Shown here piece by piece: positions 1-12,548 of a DNA stretch of 64,000 nucleotides. The notes beneath the pieces are model-generated. The model was not told the origin of the DNA. It was given only the letters and a program-made list of their open reading frames with translations, and made no database searches. Origin of the DNA: Octopus bimaculoides (Eukaryota); contig NC_068982.1 of assembly GCF_001194135.2 (NCBI RefSeq), forward strand, positions 27,669,085-27,733,084, written 5' to 3'. Position 1 is the stretch's first letter. Every line of letters starts with the position of its first letter. The translations under genes and the position numbers were made by a program.

Positions 1-123
1 GGCATTCCTGTCCTTGCCTCTCTTCACCTCATTGCCTTGCTGATTCCGCCCCCACCTCCAAGTCCTGCACTAATCACTATGTCCAGTTCGTCCTAACCAG
101 AACATCAGCCCCCTTGAATTCCT

Positions 124-635
124 TCCTTACTCATGTCTTCCTCACAGGTGTTGTATTTCAGAGGTTCAAGAATACTGACATCAATCTTACAGGTCTAGGG
201 AGGCTTGTGAAGGCCATGAGCATTGCCCCTTCCTCCAGACCCAGAAAGTATAAAAGAAATTCAAATAGTTACATATATCAAGGTTTTAATCTGCCACTCA
301 TAAGAAATTCTCTATTCTTCATATAACAGTAGTTTAACATATTTTTGGAGCAATAATGTTAATAATATCTCTCTAGATCTTTAGTTTGCTTACAAATTCC
401 CACACAAATTATCTTACTCTGAATAAAACTTTTCTTGGAAGTACTGTGATAACCCCCAAATTTCCAAACTTTTTAATTTTAAATTGTCTTTTAATGCAGT
501 GAAGTCTGTTCTTTATACTTTCTGGGTCTGGAGGAAGGGGCAATGCTCATGGCCTCCACAAGCCTCCCTAGACCTGTGACACTGATGTCAGTATTCTTGA
601 ACCTCTGAAACCTGTGAGGAAGACATGAGCAAGGA
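124..635. repeat. ~130-bp inverted repeat (124-258 / 509-635) in a WDTC1 intron
   Basis: Left arm ...CTCATGTCTTCCTCACAGG...GGTTCAAGAATACTGACATC...AGGCCATGAGCATTGCCCCTTCCTCCAGACCCAGAAAGTATA is the near-exact reverse complement of 509-635. Confidence 0.9.
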
Positions 636-739
636 TAATAAATTTAATGACTGTATTTATCTTTGTGGGTAGATTTGGTAGACAAAGACCAAAAGGAGCT
701 CACTCTGTGTGTGTGTGCCCTTGTCTAGATACTAGATGA

Positions 740-945
740 TGGTTGGAAATGAACATCATCATAAAAGTGAGGTTCTATAAAAAAAAAAAAAACGTGTAGC
801 TATGGAAAGATATTACCATGCTTGGAAACAAGTGAGTGTTGGCAACAGGAAGGTCATCCATCTGTAGAAAATCTGCCTCAACACATTACGTTTGATTCAT
901 GCAAGCATAGGAAAGTGGACATTAAATTATGACGATGATGATATT
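740..945 (+). mobile_element. RTE-type LINE 3' tail / RTE-tailed SINE fragment
   Basis: GGAAGGTCATCCATCTGTAGAAAA...GGAAAGTGGACATTAAA followed by a (GAT)n tail; same family as 18570-18828. Confidence 0.6.
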
Positions 946-1082
946 CAATATCAACTGTGGCAGTGTTGATATTGAATTATAGCAATTATTCATATTTGTA
1001 TATTATCACATGTTTATGTATTCTCACTGTTCTGGTGATTTCTTTGGTATTAGAACTGAAAACAATTAATTTTCTTTTCCAG

Positions 1083-1275
1083 TAATGGTCAATACATTGT
1101 TGCTGGATCCGACGATGGTTCATTTTTTATTTGGGAGAAAAGTACAACCAACATCGTACGGGTGCTACATGGAGATGAGTCAATTGTTAACTGTTTACAG
1201 CCACACCCTACTTACTGCCTTTTGGCCACCAGTGGTATAGACCCTGTGGTACGTCTCTGGAGTCCAAGAGCTGAG
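1083..1275 (+). CDS. WDTC1: WD and tetratricopeptide repeats protein 1 (DCAF9/adipose), penultimate coding exon
   Basis: Acceptor ttttcttttccAG at 1081-1082 and donor GAG|gtaagt at 1276. Translates (S)NGQYIVAGSDDGSFFIWEKSTTNIVRVLHGDESIVNCLQPHPTYCLLATSGIDPVVRLWSPRAE, matching the C-terminal WD40 repeats of WDTC1. Confidence 0.95.
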
Positions 1276-1844
1276 GTAAGTAACACTCTTTATCATCAAA
1301 AATTAGCTATTATAACTGTGTGCGGACAGGATACTGAGTGCACTTTTGCCAAAGGACAAGAAGCTGAACAGACATAAAGACACAATGCCAAACAGACATG
1401 AATGGACAAAATAATAAAAAAATTAAAATATTCCTACCTATATAGTTTACTGACCATTTTAGTCTGTCAAATGGTCATATTATGGGAATAAAATGATTAT
1501 CATATATTTTAATTTTCATATGTCTTTTCAGCATCTTATCTGTTCAGCATCTTGTCCGTTTGGTATCACATCCATGTAGCGTTATAACTTATCCTCGCTT
1601 AAGATGAAAAGAACGAAATTTATTTGTTGGTTTTAGTCATTGGACTGTGACTGTGATGGGGCATCATCATGGCTGTAATCCATTAAACCTATAAAATTCT
1701 ACTTTAAATTGATCATACTGGCCTCAGTGCTTATTTAAGTGTGGTACTTAATTTCACTGAATATTTTATTAAGTAGCTAAGTTACTTTTTTGATAATAGC
1801 ACAGGTTTTCAACTGGTGGTATTATGTCAGACACATAAACAAAT

Positions 1845-1879
<35 letters not shown>

Positions 1880-2149
1880 TTTCTTTTGTAGAAAGAACCA
1901 TAAGAGCTAAGAGACAAGTTGGGAAAGACTTGAGCAAATGTGGGTAGCAGAGAAAATATGAACTGGCTAGAAAAGAAGTTAGATGTAATGTATATTTACC
2001 AGGGAGAGATGCAGAAAGAAAGCAGTTTGCTAATGTTCTATGATGTGAGGATCAGAGGCATAAGTGTTTTGGATTGCTAGGTAGTGTATTAGAGAGAATC
2101 AAGGTGTAGTTGGAAAGATGTTTGTATAGAATGATGACACACGTCTCTT

Positions 2150-2373
2150 ATTTATTTCTTTATTGCCCTCAGAGGGCTAAACAGAGAGGAGACAAACAAG
2201 GACAGACAAAGGGATTAAGTCGATTACACCAACCCCAGTGTGTAATTGGTCGACCCCAAAAGGATGAAAGGAAAAGTCGACCTCGGCAGAATTTGAACTC
2301 AGAACGTAATGGCAGACAAAATACTGCTAAGCATTTCACCCGGCATGCTAACGATTCTGCCAGCTAGCCGCCT
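2150..2373 (-). mobile_element. tRNA-derived SINE, family A
   Basis: Reverse strand reads GGCGGCTAGCTGGCAGAATCGTTAGC...GAGTTCAAATTCTGCCGAGGTCGACTTTTCCTTTCATCCTTTTGGGGTCG, with A/B-box-like head. Many copies in the window. Confidence 0.8.
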
Positions 2374-2389
2374 TCACGCACATCTTTTA

Positions 2390-3062
2390 TTGACACTGAA
2401 AAGAAATGACTTAGTTCTTGTAGAAAAATCTGTAGATTTGTATAAGAAATTTGAGACATGAGAGCAAAGTATGGAATTGAAAGACTTTAAAGTAAACTTA
2501 GGAAAGACAAAAATGTTTGTAAATGGAAACAAAAAAAGCCAGAACTCTGCTACCGTCAAGGAAATATTTGTGCTTAGTGTGCAGAAAAGATTTAGTAGGA
2601 ATTCTGTACAGTGTACTCAATGTAAAGAATGTTTGCACAAGAAGTGTAGTAGAAATATAGGCGAATGAATGGAGAACTTTGTATGCAGCAGATACACTGG
2701 GGAAATAAGCATGTTAAGTATGCAAATGCCCAGATCTCTTTGAAGTAGTTAAAAATTTCTGTTACCTAGGTGATTTAATTTGTAGGAGAGTTGAGCGTTT
2801 CAAAAGTACAGTAGCCAGAAAAAAAACAGGCTGGAAAACATTCAGGGAACTATTAGCTCTGCTGTTTACAGAGGGTTTCTAAAGACAGATTGTATGTTGC
2901 TTGGGTATGAAGTTTGATGTTGCATAAGAGTAGACATGGGTCCTGAATGCAGAGGATTTCCAAAGACGAGAAAAATAAAGTGAGCTTGTTCTGTTGGATG
3001 TGTAATGTTAGTGTGCATAAATGATGGAGTACAACTGAGCTGAGAGAAAAACTGAAAAAAAA
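2390..3062 (+). mobile_element. RTE-clade LINE ORF2 remnant (RT C-terminal region with Cys-rich insert), frameshifted
   Basis: Fragments FKVNLGKTK, RNSVQCTQCKECLHKKCS, LEVVKNFCYLGD, GWKTFRELL and WMCNVSV in shifting frames with stops. Confidence 0.75.
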
Positions 3063-3774
3063 AGAGGAGTTGCATTTTCCCTAGCTCTATACATTCTGAG
3101 CTCAAATCCTACAAAGATTGACTTTACCTTTCATCCTTTCAGGGTCAAGAAATAAGTACTAGTTGAGCACTGAGGTCAATGCAACTGACTTACCTCTTCC
3201 CCTAAAATTACTGGCCTTATACTTGGTGATATTGATAGAGTGCAATTGCATACTGCCCAAGAATCTGTTTTTAAAACATCAAAATTTGAAGAGATTTATT
3301 ATGGTTCAACTGAAAAAAAATGTACATAGAATTAAATTTTTTTTCTTATTCTTCCAATTTAGAAGAGATTCTTAAGATATTCACTCAGGCATGTAAATAT
3401 TTTACTGGAAGGCAAGTACGGGTTTGACTATGTAGTAAATATGTTTGCAACTGCATGGTTTTGATTCAATCACACTTTGTGGTACCTTGGGCAAGTGTTC
3501 TTTACCATAGCTTTGGACCATCGCCTTGTGAGTAAATTTGGTAGTTGGAAACTGTGTCTGTGTGGATATTTTCATTGTTCTACGCTGAGCTATGGTTGGT
3601 AATGTTTTTTGACATTTCCACCCACAAATTGTCGATAATAAATATTTGCCTTTATTTATTAAGGCAAATAAATATTGCCTTAATTTGGCTCATGCTAGCA
3701 TAAATAATAAATACTTCAATAATGTTTCTAATATTTGGAGAGGTAGTTAATTTTTCTCCTTTTCACCTTTCCAG

Positions 3775-3984
3775 GATGGGACAAAGAATGAGCGAGAAAT
3801 TGATAACTCAGATGATGCAGCATTAGCCAACCAAAGAAGAATGAATGCAGACCCACTGGAAGTGATGCTGATGAATATGGGATACCGGATCACTGGAGTA
3901 TTAGATATGGATGATGAAGATCAGGAGAGTGGACCGTCTACAGATAGCCGAAGTGAGCAACATTTGCAATGTCGGCCTAGTTAG
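3775..3984 (+). CDS. WDTC1: WDTC1 last coding exon
   Basis: Acceptor tttcacctttccAG, phase 0. Translates DGTKNEREIDNSDDAALANQRRMNADPLEVMLMNMGYRITGVLDMDDEDQESGPSTDSRSEQHLQCRPS*. ANQRRMNADPLEVML and the terminal QCRPS are WDTC1 hallmarks. Confidence 0.95.
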   Translation, partial: DGTKNEREIDNSDDAALANQRRMNADPLEVMLMNMGYRITGVLDMDDEDQESGPSTDSRSEQHLQCRPS

Positions 3985-4792
3985 GTTATATTGGACTTAT
4001 GGATTAGTTTTAATTGAAAGCAGTTATGCTTTCATTCACATGGCCAACTTAACTTTTTGCAATGAAAACACAAACAGTTATTAAAATGGTTGTAAAGGAG
4101 ATATAGCAGAGTTTTTCCCCTTGTTCATCCTAATGGGTTTTTTTTTAACCAACCAATGCCATTCCCTTTTTTTATTTTATTTTTTTTTATTTTACTGATG
4201 TTTTCTTTACCTTAAACCTACATTACTTTGTGTGTGATTTCTTTTTCGTTATTTTTTCTGATTTCACATAAAATTAATTTCCTTTGCATTTAATTTTATT
4301 TATTTTTTTCACCTGTTATTGTCAACATCACACTTATTTTTTTTATACTTTATTTTATTTTTTTAAAAATTAGTTTATGATCGTTTTGCACATGTTTACC
4401 ACCTGGAATCAACGTGCATTTAGCATATAACAGGTGTTTTAACTTAGGTGAATAAAAAGATTATGCTGGAGAAAGTATTAGGGTGTTTTTTGTTTTGTTT
4501 TTTTTTTCCAATCAAAATTGCAAAAGAAAAGAAGTCAACTATTTGAAACTCTGCATTGAACAGAGAGATGTTTTTCTATGCTGTTTGTAATAAGAATAAT
4601 TAATATTATTATGATATTAATAAACCCACTTGAAATAGGGCTCCATTATCACCATACAAATTAAGAACCTTTCTTGTCTATTTTTAAACACCATTTGGAA
4701 TTTAGTCTTGCATATCATACAGGACTTCCTTTTTATTAATTTGGCTTGGTTAACTTAAAAGATGCAAAGTACTGTTTTGTTAAAAAAAAAAT

Positions 4793-4817
4793 AATAAATT
4801 ATTGATGATATAATAAA
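4793..4817 (+). terminator. Candidate WDTC1 polyadenylation signals
   Basis: AATAAA at 4793-4798 and 4812-4817 after a U-rich 3'UTR. Confidence 0.4.
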
Positions 4818-5178
4818 AAGAATGGAGAATTGTAGCAATTTGTTAGAACATTTTTCTTTTATTTGTGGCAGGTGCCATGGTGAGGTGATAAATTTTCGGC
4901 AAATCGAAGCCACAGCCTGGTTTCAATTCCTACCCAGAACCATTTCATTTCTGACACTAATGCCTTTGGGGAGGGCATGAAGATCACAAATCCCATGTCA
5001 TTTTCTCAAGTCTGAGGCATGCATCATGTCTGCTGAAAGAAAGATTTACATCCTATGAAATATTAGTGGTGGAGCTGTTATGAAGTGGTATTCTTTCATC
5101 TCAGTGTTTCTACAAACATTTCTTTCATATTGGACTTGTGATATTTGAGCAAGAATTTTTTTTTTTATGTAGTTATTT

Positions 5179-5382
5179 TTAACCCTTTAGCATTCGGATT
5201 ACTGTCAAATGTAATGCTTATTTATTCACATTGTTTTGAATTAATCATGCATTATCTTGTAGTTTTGATAATGTGATTATTTTTATAATAACATTGTAGT
5301 AGTGTATGTGTGAGAGGCTGCATCTGGCCAGTTTGAACTTAAAACAGGTAGAATATGTAGGCCAGATATTACTGGTTTAAAT
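5179..5382 (+). mobile_element. TTAA|CCCTT-ended (piggyBac-like) MITE, truncated
   Basis: Begins TTAACCCTTTAGCATTC; same family as 47798-48017 and 49664-49892. Confidence 0.55.
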
Positions 5383-5599
5383 GAATCAAAGTTTATGTTT
5401 AAGATAGAAGAGGTGAAATAGTTGAGCTGATCTATTGTATTAGTGGCATTAAAAAATAAAACCATGATTTTTCTTTGAAAATATTAGTAAAAAAGAAAAG
5501 GGTTTTCTCTTTTTAAAAGAAGCCATTTATAAACAAGTTTCATTTTATTTTTTTAGAAGTTACTTAGTAACAGAAGGGCAGTACCTCTCATGAGCTTCA

Positions 5600-7020
5600 C
5601 ATATTCTGGCAAGATTGATGCTTAATTTGAACATGTCAGTTAACATCTGCCGGAAGAGAAAGATCAAGGGGGTGCCTTTTAGGAATGAAGGCTAGGTAAA
5701 ATGTAGTGGAAGAAGGAGAGAGAGAGCAAGGGATATCGAGTGATCCAGGGTAGATGTATTCAGTAAAGTAGAATCGTTTTTGATATTGGTTGAATAAGCA
5801 GAGAGAAAAAAATATCTGAGTGAATCTTTACAAATCACAATCAGCTTGATCTTTTGGCTGCAATCTACAATATGTTTGTTCTCCAGCAGCCATATTCCAA
5901 TGAGGGCCTTGAATTTCTTTGCATTTTCAAATGACAAGAGCAGGCCTGATCTTTCAGGTTGCAGTTTGGCAGGCCAGCTCCTATTCAAACCGTCCAACTC
6001 ATGCCAGCATAGAAAACAAACATTAAATGACAATGACATTGATTCTTAGAAGAGAATGCACGGCTTAGAATTTCTAGTGAGTTTGAGAGGTTTTAATTTT
6101 GTTGTTTATCAAGTGGGTATATGATACAAAAATGTTTTCTTGCCTTAAGTAGGGAATATTATTTGGAGTTTTACACTGACTTCCATTAAAGAATGTTTTC
6201 AAGGTTTCTGTTGAAGGCAGCAGCTCATATCTAGCATAAATTATCTAAATTGCAATGGAAAGAGGCCTTTGTATGTGTACTTGGAAGGTTAATGAGTTAA
6301 GTGTGGTTCCATCTGCATAGGAGATGAAGTAAGAAGTGACAGAGAAAGCATTAATGTATAGCAAGGAGTGTAAAAGATATAACTGACCCTGGGGTACATC
6401 AGAATTTTTAGTGTTAGTAATCTCTTGAGAACACACAATCTATCCAAGGTATGAGAGATGAAATTTTGAAGTTCCTACTTGTAAAGACTCCAGACCATTC
6501 ATTGACTGGAAAATCAGTGTTGTACCTGTAGTCTAAAAAGCCAGTAGCTTAAGTAGAAATTTCTCAACATTATAAATATAGTTGAATATTTCCTGTCAAA
6601 AGCAACAGCATTCTTCTCACTGAAGTTCTTTTGTTTAGTCTCGAGGTAAAAGCAAGATGGGTAGCAGATGTGGCTTTATCAACACAAATGTTATTTACTC
6701 CCATATTAGTCCTAGAGTGGTTTGACTGCTACATAATTAGTGGCCTTACAAATCTTTACAATTGTTTACTTTGATCAAAGGAGAGTTGCAATTTCGATGA
6801 AAGATTAGGTAAAGTGTCCAGATAGGTTGACAAAAGCCTTGTGCTGGTTTGGGTCAAGGTGGTATGAAGTGGCAACAGAAAGAAAAAAATGTTTCAGTAC
6901 CAATGAGCAACATATTGCTTAAGCAAAGTTCTTTTCTTTTTGGGTGTGGAGCACTTTTTGGTCTTGAAACAAAATATTCATTGTAAAAGAACTTAGAATA
7001 CTTCCAAAATGAGGAACTTC
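5600..7020 (-). mobile_element. CR1/L2-type LINE reverse transcriptase remnant
   Basis: Minus ORF 6245-6436 contains SDVPQG...LYINAF...SYADGTTL, a degenerate SGVPQG...FINDL...YADDTTL RT motif. Flanking sequence is similarly decayed. Confidence 0.75.
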
Positions 7021-8144
7021 CATAAGGTCATCAAAAATCATATTTAGTGTTTATACATGTTTCATTTTGTATTATATATAACTAGACTGTTTTAAAAATT
7101 AATTTTCAGGTCCTCATAACACACTATTTTGTTGTTAGTGAAAAACATATTGAGGTGGCAAGAGGATAAAAGTGATGTCAGAATATGAGAGTATAGAAGT
7201 ATTATTAATCTAAAAGTGGAGCTGAAAGTAATGCAGAAAAGATTAGCGAGATTATTCCTTTTTTCTTATGTTGGCTTTATTAGTGAAGTTTCATGTATCC
7301 ATAATTTTTCTATCTCTATCGGCTTAAAAAAGAAAACAAGCAGTAAAAAAAAGCAGATTGTTTCTCTCACTACTGAAGTTAAATCAAATGTAACGCAATT
7401 GTTTAAATGGTTTGTCTAAAACAACAGGATAAACTATCCCCTAAAAGATTGGTACAATAACTTCCTGTCAAAGGCAATCGTTATTTTTGAAAGTAGAGAG
7501 AGGTCATGGTCAGAGAAAAAAAAGCCATGAACATGCATTACTTGATTTTCAATGAACACTTTGTTGATTAATAAAAGTACATTGAAATTGCTTTAGAGAA
7601 ATTATTTTTTTCTATATAGAAAAACAATTTTGATTTATAACTAGCAGTAAAACAAGTTGATGGAACCTTGTGTAAATTTGATAGGAAAAGTAATTTCATT
7701 ATAATAACTTTTACATGTACTTTCAAAGCAAGTCTAAAACTTTTCCTGATATTATTTGAAATGGAAGAGTTATAAACAGAAAAATATAAATATTGTATAC
7801 ATCAATAGGGAGATTGGAAATAGGAAAATGTTTTGTATGGATAAAAAAATTGCATATAAGTTAGAAAAAGAAAAAAATCTTTTTAATGAGACAATGAGAA
7901 TAAAATTATGCAAAATGAATTTTATCATGAATGAATAGATAAGTACAGTCAAATGAAAATCATCCAAATGGTCTGTGAAGTGACTGGCTTTTAAACAAAA
8001 AATAACATGATACTAATAATTAGAACTATGTAGGAATATCCAGTGAGTTCTCATTAAATGGTTCCAATTTATTTGAAGTCCATAATCATTTCTCATTTTT
8101 TTTTTAAGAGGAAATGTTCAATATATATATATTTTTTGTAATTA

Positions 8145-8150
8145 TTTATT
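8145..8150 (-). terminator. Candidate RNPS1 polyadenylation signal
   Basis: AATAAA on the minus strand ~95 nt after the RNPS1 stop; alternatives cannot be excluded. Confidence 0.3.
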
Positions 8151-8245
8151 TATATTAATAAGAAAATTAGTGAAAGGACTTGACCAAACATCCATCCACC
8201 ATAACTCTTGTCTGTTGCAGTCTTAAGTTCTTAAAAGAACAGCTT

Positions 8246-8357
8246 TCATCTTGAAGAACTAGAGCTAGAGCGACTATACCGCCGTCGCCTAGCAGGAGAT
8301 CTGGACCGAGTGCGCCGTCTTGGAGGAGAACGTCGTCTTGGAGGCGGGGGAGGAGAC
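8246..8357 (-). CDS. RNPS1: RNA-binding protein with serine-rich domain 1, last coding exon
   Basis: Acceptor ctgatttCAG. Translates (R)SPPPPPRRRSPPRRRTRSRSPARRRRYSRSSSSSSR*, the RS/P-rich RNPS1 C-terminus; phase agrees with the upstream exon. Confidence 0.93.
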
Positions 8358-9908
8358 CTGAAATCAGACATTGAGTATATTCAAACAGATATATATATGC
8401 CTATTAATGCTAAGATGATAGTTTCGATATACATCCACTCAATTTGCTGGAGAGCAAAATCTACCTCTTGCAAGTGGCCATTTATAATTATAAAAATAGT
8501 GAACAAGTAAAAGACATTTACAGTTTCTAGTCTTATTCACTTTTGCATGTTTCCTTTTATTTTTTTAGTGCAAATATTGAAAAAACAATCAATTTACAAC
8601 AAAAGGCTTTGCCTTGGGTATCGTTGCAGCTCCACTTAGTTAACTTTAATCAGTGTACAAGTAAAACTGATCACTCTCAGAAACTGATGTGTATCACCGA
8701 ATTGAAACTAATTTGATTATCTGGTCTTTTAAAGTATTACATTTTATACTTGAACATCTAACCAGCATATAAAAGAGGCATTGTAAATTTGCCAATATAT
8801 TTCTGGCCAAACTAAAAAAGATACTGAAACAAGTTTCTGATTTTAAATTTCATATTAAAACAAAAGGCTCAAAATAATTTGCCCAATGACTAATCCTCAA
8901 GCTAACATACCAGAAATTAAAAAAACAGTGCAAAGAGCAATATCTTAATAATACCAGTTATTTCTTTCCCTGGTATCTTTTTCCCCACTTCAAGTCTTTC
9001 ACACAATTTTTTTTTTTATTATCAACTTGATATCCATTTTTCCATGCTTGCATGGGTGAAATGGCTCTTTTGTAGGAGCAATTGTCTTTACAGATGGATG
9101 CCTTTCCTACTATTAATCACTCAACTATGAAATAAAAGTGGAACACAAATTTGGGGCTTTATAATTCCTAGAGAGAACATGCAAGTCTAACGACCAAAGG
9201 ATTGCAATTATAACCTAGTTGAGTCGCATTTAGCTTCGGTGCTGTTAGATGTTGGTAAGTATTTCTATTATATTTCAATACTATATTAGAATTTTAATCA
9301 ATTGCTCTTTTGTTAGAGTACAGAAAGTTAGGACTGAACCTGGATAGCTGTGTCTGCTGTCTGATGTTGGCCATCTTCCAGCTTGGTTGAAATCGGCTTG
9401 ATTTGAAGTTGTTTGTTAAAACCTTAGCAAAGTCTTTTCTGGAAGTAGGAAGTATAGTAACAGAAAGTTAAGAGGTTAGCTAGATGATGCAGTCAACAGG
9501 ACACCAATGTGTTCAAGACAGTGATAACAGTAAGGCTTCCCTGCACTTTCTCAAGTACTTTTCGAGTGCATTGAATTTCAAGCATTTGCAGTATATCAGC
9601 CACCACTTTTAACACTGTACACAACACATCAATAATAATTTAACCACTACGGAATTCAACGGGTAGGTATTCCTCTAGACATGTTAAGCACCAACATGCC
9701 TAACTGGCTGCATAAGAGGCCAATACTGAGAAAGCATAGACATTTAAAAACAAGTTCTGTTGACATAATTTTAGTGATATTCAAGCATGATGACCAGTCA
9801 GTTGCAATGGAGCCAGCTAAACCCGACCTGACTAATGAAACCTAAGTGAAGATACCAAGGGGAGAAAGAAAAATATGGTCTATAGAATAAAGTGTAAAAA
9901 ATACAAAC

Positions 9909-10047
9909 CTGCGCCTATCTCTGAATCTCGGAGGAGATGGACGCCATCGTGGAGGTAGTCTACGTATAGGACTACGACGAGGGATCACTCTAGTAGGTCT
10001 AGGTGCAAGTACAGCAGCTGCTGTAATTTCTTGGCCATCAATTTGAG
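9909..10047 (-). CDS. RNPS1: RNPS1 coding exon (end of RRM and start of RS/P domain)
   Basis: AG/GT boundaries. Translates (A)QIDGQEITAAAVLAPRPTRVIPRRSPIRRLPPRWRPSPPRFRDRR(R); QIDGQEIT is the RNPS1 RRM end. Confidence 0.94.
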
Positions 10048-10826
10048 CTAAAAACAGAAATAGAAACAAAATCATTATTAAGAAAACACAATTTCAATCA
10101 AATAAATTAGTAGCTGACATTTCTTAGTTTATATAAGTTTAAAAATGCTTAACATCCACTTTTCCATGCTTTTATAGGCAAGACAGAATTCTTTGAGGCA
10201 GATTTCCTATGGCCACGCATGTTTTAGTATTATTCTTCATATTACTAATATCAATTCAACTCTAAACTTGTAGTAATATTGATAATATAATTAATCTGAA
10301 TTTGCACTTAATTTCGTTTAAAAATAGTTAAGATGGGACTACAGTTTGAAGTGTCAGATGTTTCTCAACAACTGATTGTAATGAAATCCTGTACTGGTGA
10401 CTGTGATTGGTTAAAATGCTTCTTTTAATAAGTGCTGTCAATGTGTTACTGCAGTCATCAAACCATCACACCTAAGCCCCATATTGATTGGTCAAAATAG
10501 TGTTCATAAGCTTCAACCAGGTGGAGCCTAGCAAAAAGTATTTAAAGGAAAAAATTCAATCATTTCACTTCGGTTATCAAATGTGAACATTAGTTGTTTG
10601 TTAATCTACTACATAAACATTTACCTGAAGATTGTTACGAAATATGTAAGCACCTGTAATATGCAATATTGAAAAAATTGTAAAAGTACGAAACATGTGA
10701 TAATCAAACTATGTTGGAATTTGATTGACAAATATATTTATAAGCAACTTCATAAACCCTGAATGACAAATAGACATATAATTCAGGGTTTGTAAAATTG
10801 TGTGTATATATATATATATATATATA

Positions 10827-12066
10827 TCAAGCTGAGTAAAAAGTAAGCAATGGTTTCAAACATGAAATTCATCACAATTTCAACAATGCAGAAATTTTAT
10901 TCCTCAAAGTAAGTTCCATTACACTCAACACATTTTTGCCAACGAGTTACAGGTTTGTTTATTCCGGTGACATAAAAATCTAGAATTCTGGAGTGGATGA
11001 ACTCTCTGAACGTACTTTCAGCATCGGTTTGATTTTTGAACTCCTTCTCTCGCAGGAAACCATCAAGGTGCTTGAAAAAGTGATAGTCAGCAGGAGAAAG
11101 GTCTTGGGAATAAGCTGGGTGGGGAAGAACTTCATAGCCAAGTTCCCTCAACTTCTGGAGCATCATTAGTGAAACATGTGGTTGAGCATTGTCATGAACA
11201 ATGATTGGCCCTCTTCTGTTGACCAGTCTGGGATGGAAGAGTAGCAGTTTTTCGTTCATTTTAGCAATTTCATGGCAATATGTTTCTGCAGTAATGGTTT
11301 TAAAAGGTTTTAAGAAGTTATAGTAGATGAGTCCAGCAGTACACCACCAAACAGTCACCATAACCTTTGAAGAGCTCTGGTTTAGGGAAGGTTTTCGGTG
11401 CTTCATTTTGGTCCAACCACTGCAAAGAACATTTTTTATTATTGTATAGAATCCACTTTTCATTGCAAGTTACAATACAGTTGGATTGATCTGGTTACAG
11501 AGAAGAAGCGACAAGCAAATTTCATATCTGTGCATTATCTAATTTTCATTGAAATCATGTAGTACCCATTTGTCGAGCTTTTTTGATTTTCCGATTGCAT
11601 GCAAATGGTTACAGGCAGTTTTTTTGCTAACCTGAAGTTCTTTTGCCAGTTCTCAAGTGGTTTTACGTGGATATTTCTCAATGATGGTCTTTAATTGACC
11701 GTCATTGATGACAGATGGGCATCCATTATGCTTTCCAAGGCTCAGGTTTCCACTGCGAAATCATTTAAACCATTTTTGAGCTGACCACTCACTGGTCATT
11801 TCCTCACCAAACGTTTTGTTAATATCGCAGTTACAGCTACTTTACGTCCTTTTTTGAAGGAATATTGCACTTTGACAGTTCCATTTCAGATGATTGTAAC
11901 AATGATGAAAAAATGTCAATGTTAATTTATTGATGTATTTGGGCAAGTCTATGTTTGTATTATCAGACAATTGCAAAAGAATGTTTAAAAAATATCCAAA
12001 ATTTTGCAAAATTCCAGTACAAATTCTTCATGGTTCCAAACGTTGTTTACTTTTTACTCAACCTGA
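10827..12066 (-). mobile_element. Full-length (1240 bp) inactive mariner (DD34D-type) transposon in an RNPS1 intron
   Basis: TA-flanked TIRs TCAAGCTGAGTAAAAAGTAAGCAA and TCAGGTTGAGTAAAAAGTAAACAA. Transposase remnants WFK*FRSGNLSL, KWVLHD, TCNEKW, HDNAQPH and YSQDLSPADY, with stops and frameshifts in the N-terminal half; open frame 10897-11463. Confidence 0.93.
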
Positions 12067-12309
12067 TATATAATGGGTTTCTTTCAGTTTCTGCTTATCC
12101 ATTCACAAGGCTTCGGTTGGCCAAGGTGATGCACAATGGGACTGAAACTAAAACCACATGTCATCAGAATTAAAAGAAATGACTACAGAAATTATTGAAA
12201 CTTTACTAACTCAAATAGTAATATAAGTGTCTTATAACAGTGAAATCCTGCACCTCTGGGTAAGCAAGAACAAGTGGAGTAGACCTATAAAAGAACACTC
12301 AATACATAC

Positions 12310-12548
12310 CACCATCCATGTACTTAATGGCTTTTTCTGCTTCAGCTGCATTTTCATATTCAACATATGCAAAACCACGAGAAAAATTTGGATGAATCCG
12401 ATCTGTAGGCATCTCTATATGTCTTATACTACCATATACAGAGAAAATTTCCATAATATGATCCTTGGAGACATTACGAGTTAATTTGCCAATATGTACT
12501 TTAGCAGTTTTGGGAGTGGGGCTACGTTGTTTTTTCCTTCTTGGAGAT
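12310..12548 (-). CDS. RNPS1: RNPS1 coding exon (RRM)
   Basis: Acceptor ttttatctttCAG and donor G|gtatgt. Translates SPRRKKQRSPTPKTAKVHIGKLTRNVSKDHIMEIFSVYGSIRHIEMPTDRIHPNFSRGFAYVEYENAAEAEKAIKYMDG with RNP2/RNP1. Confidence 0.97.

Noticed and set aside
9787-9832. ATGATGA...CTGA resembling a C/D snoRNA
   Set aside because: Too short, no terminal stem, and on the strand opposite to the host pre-mRNA.
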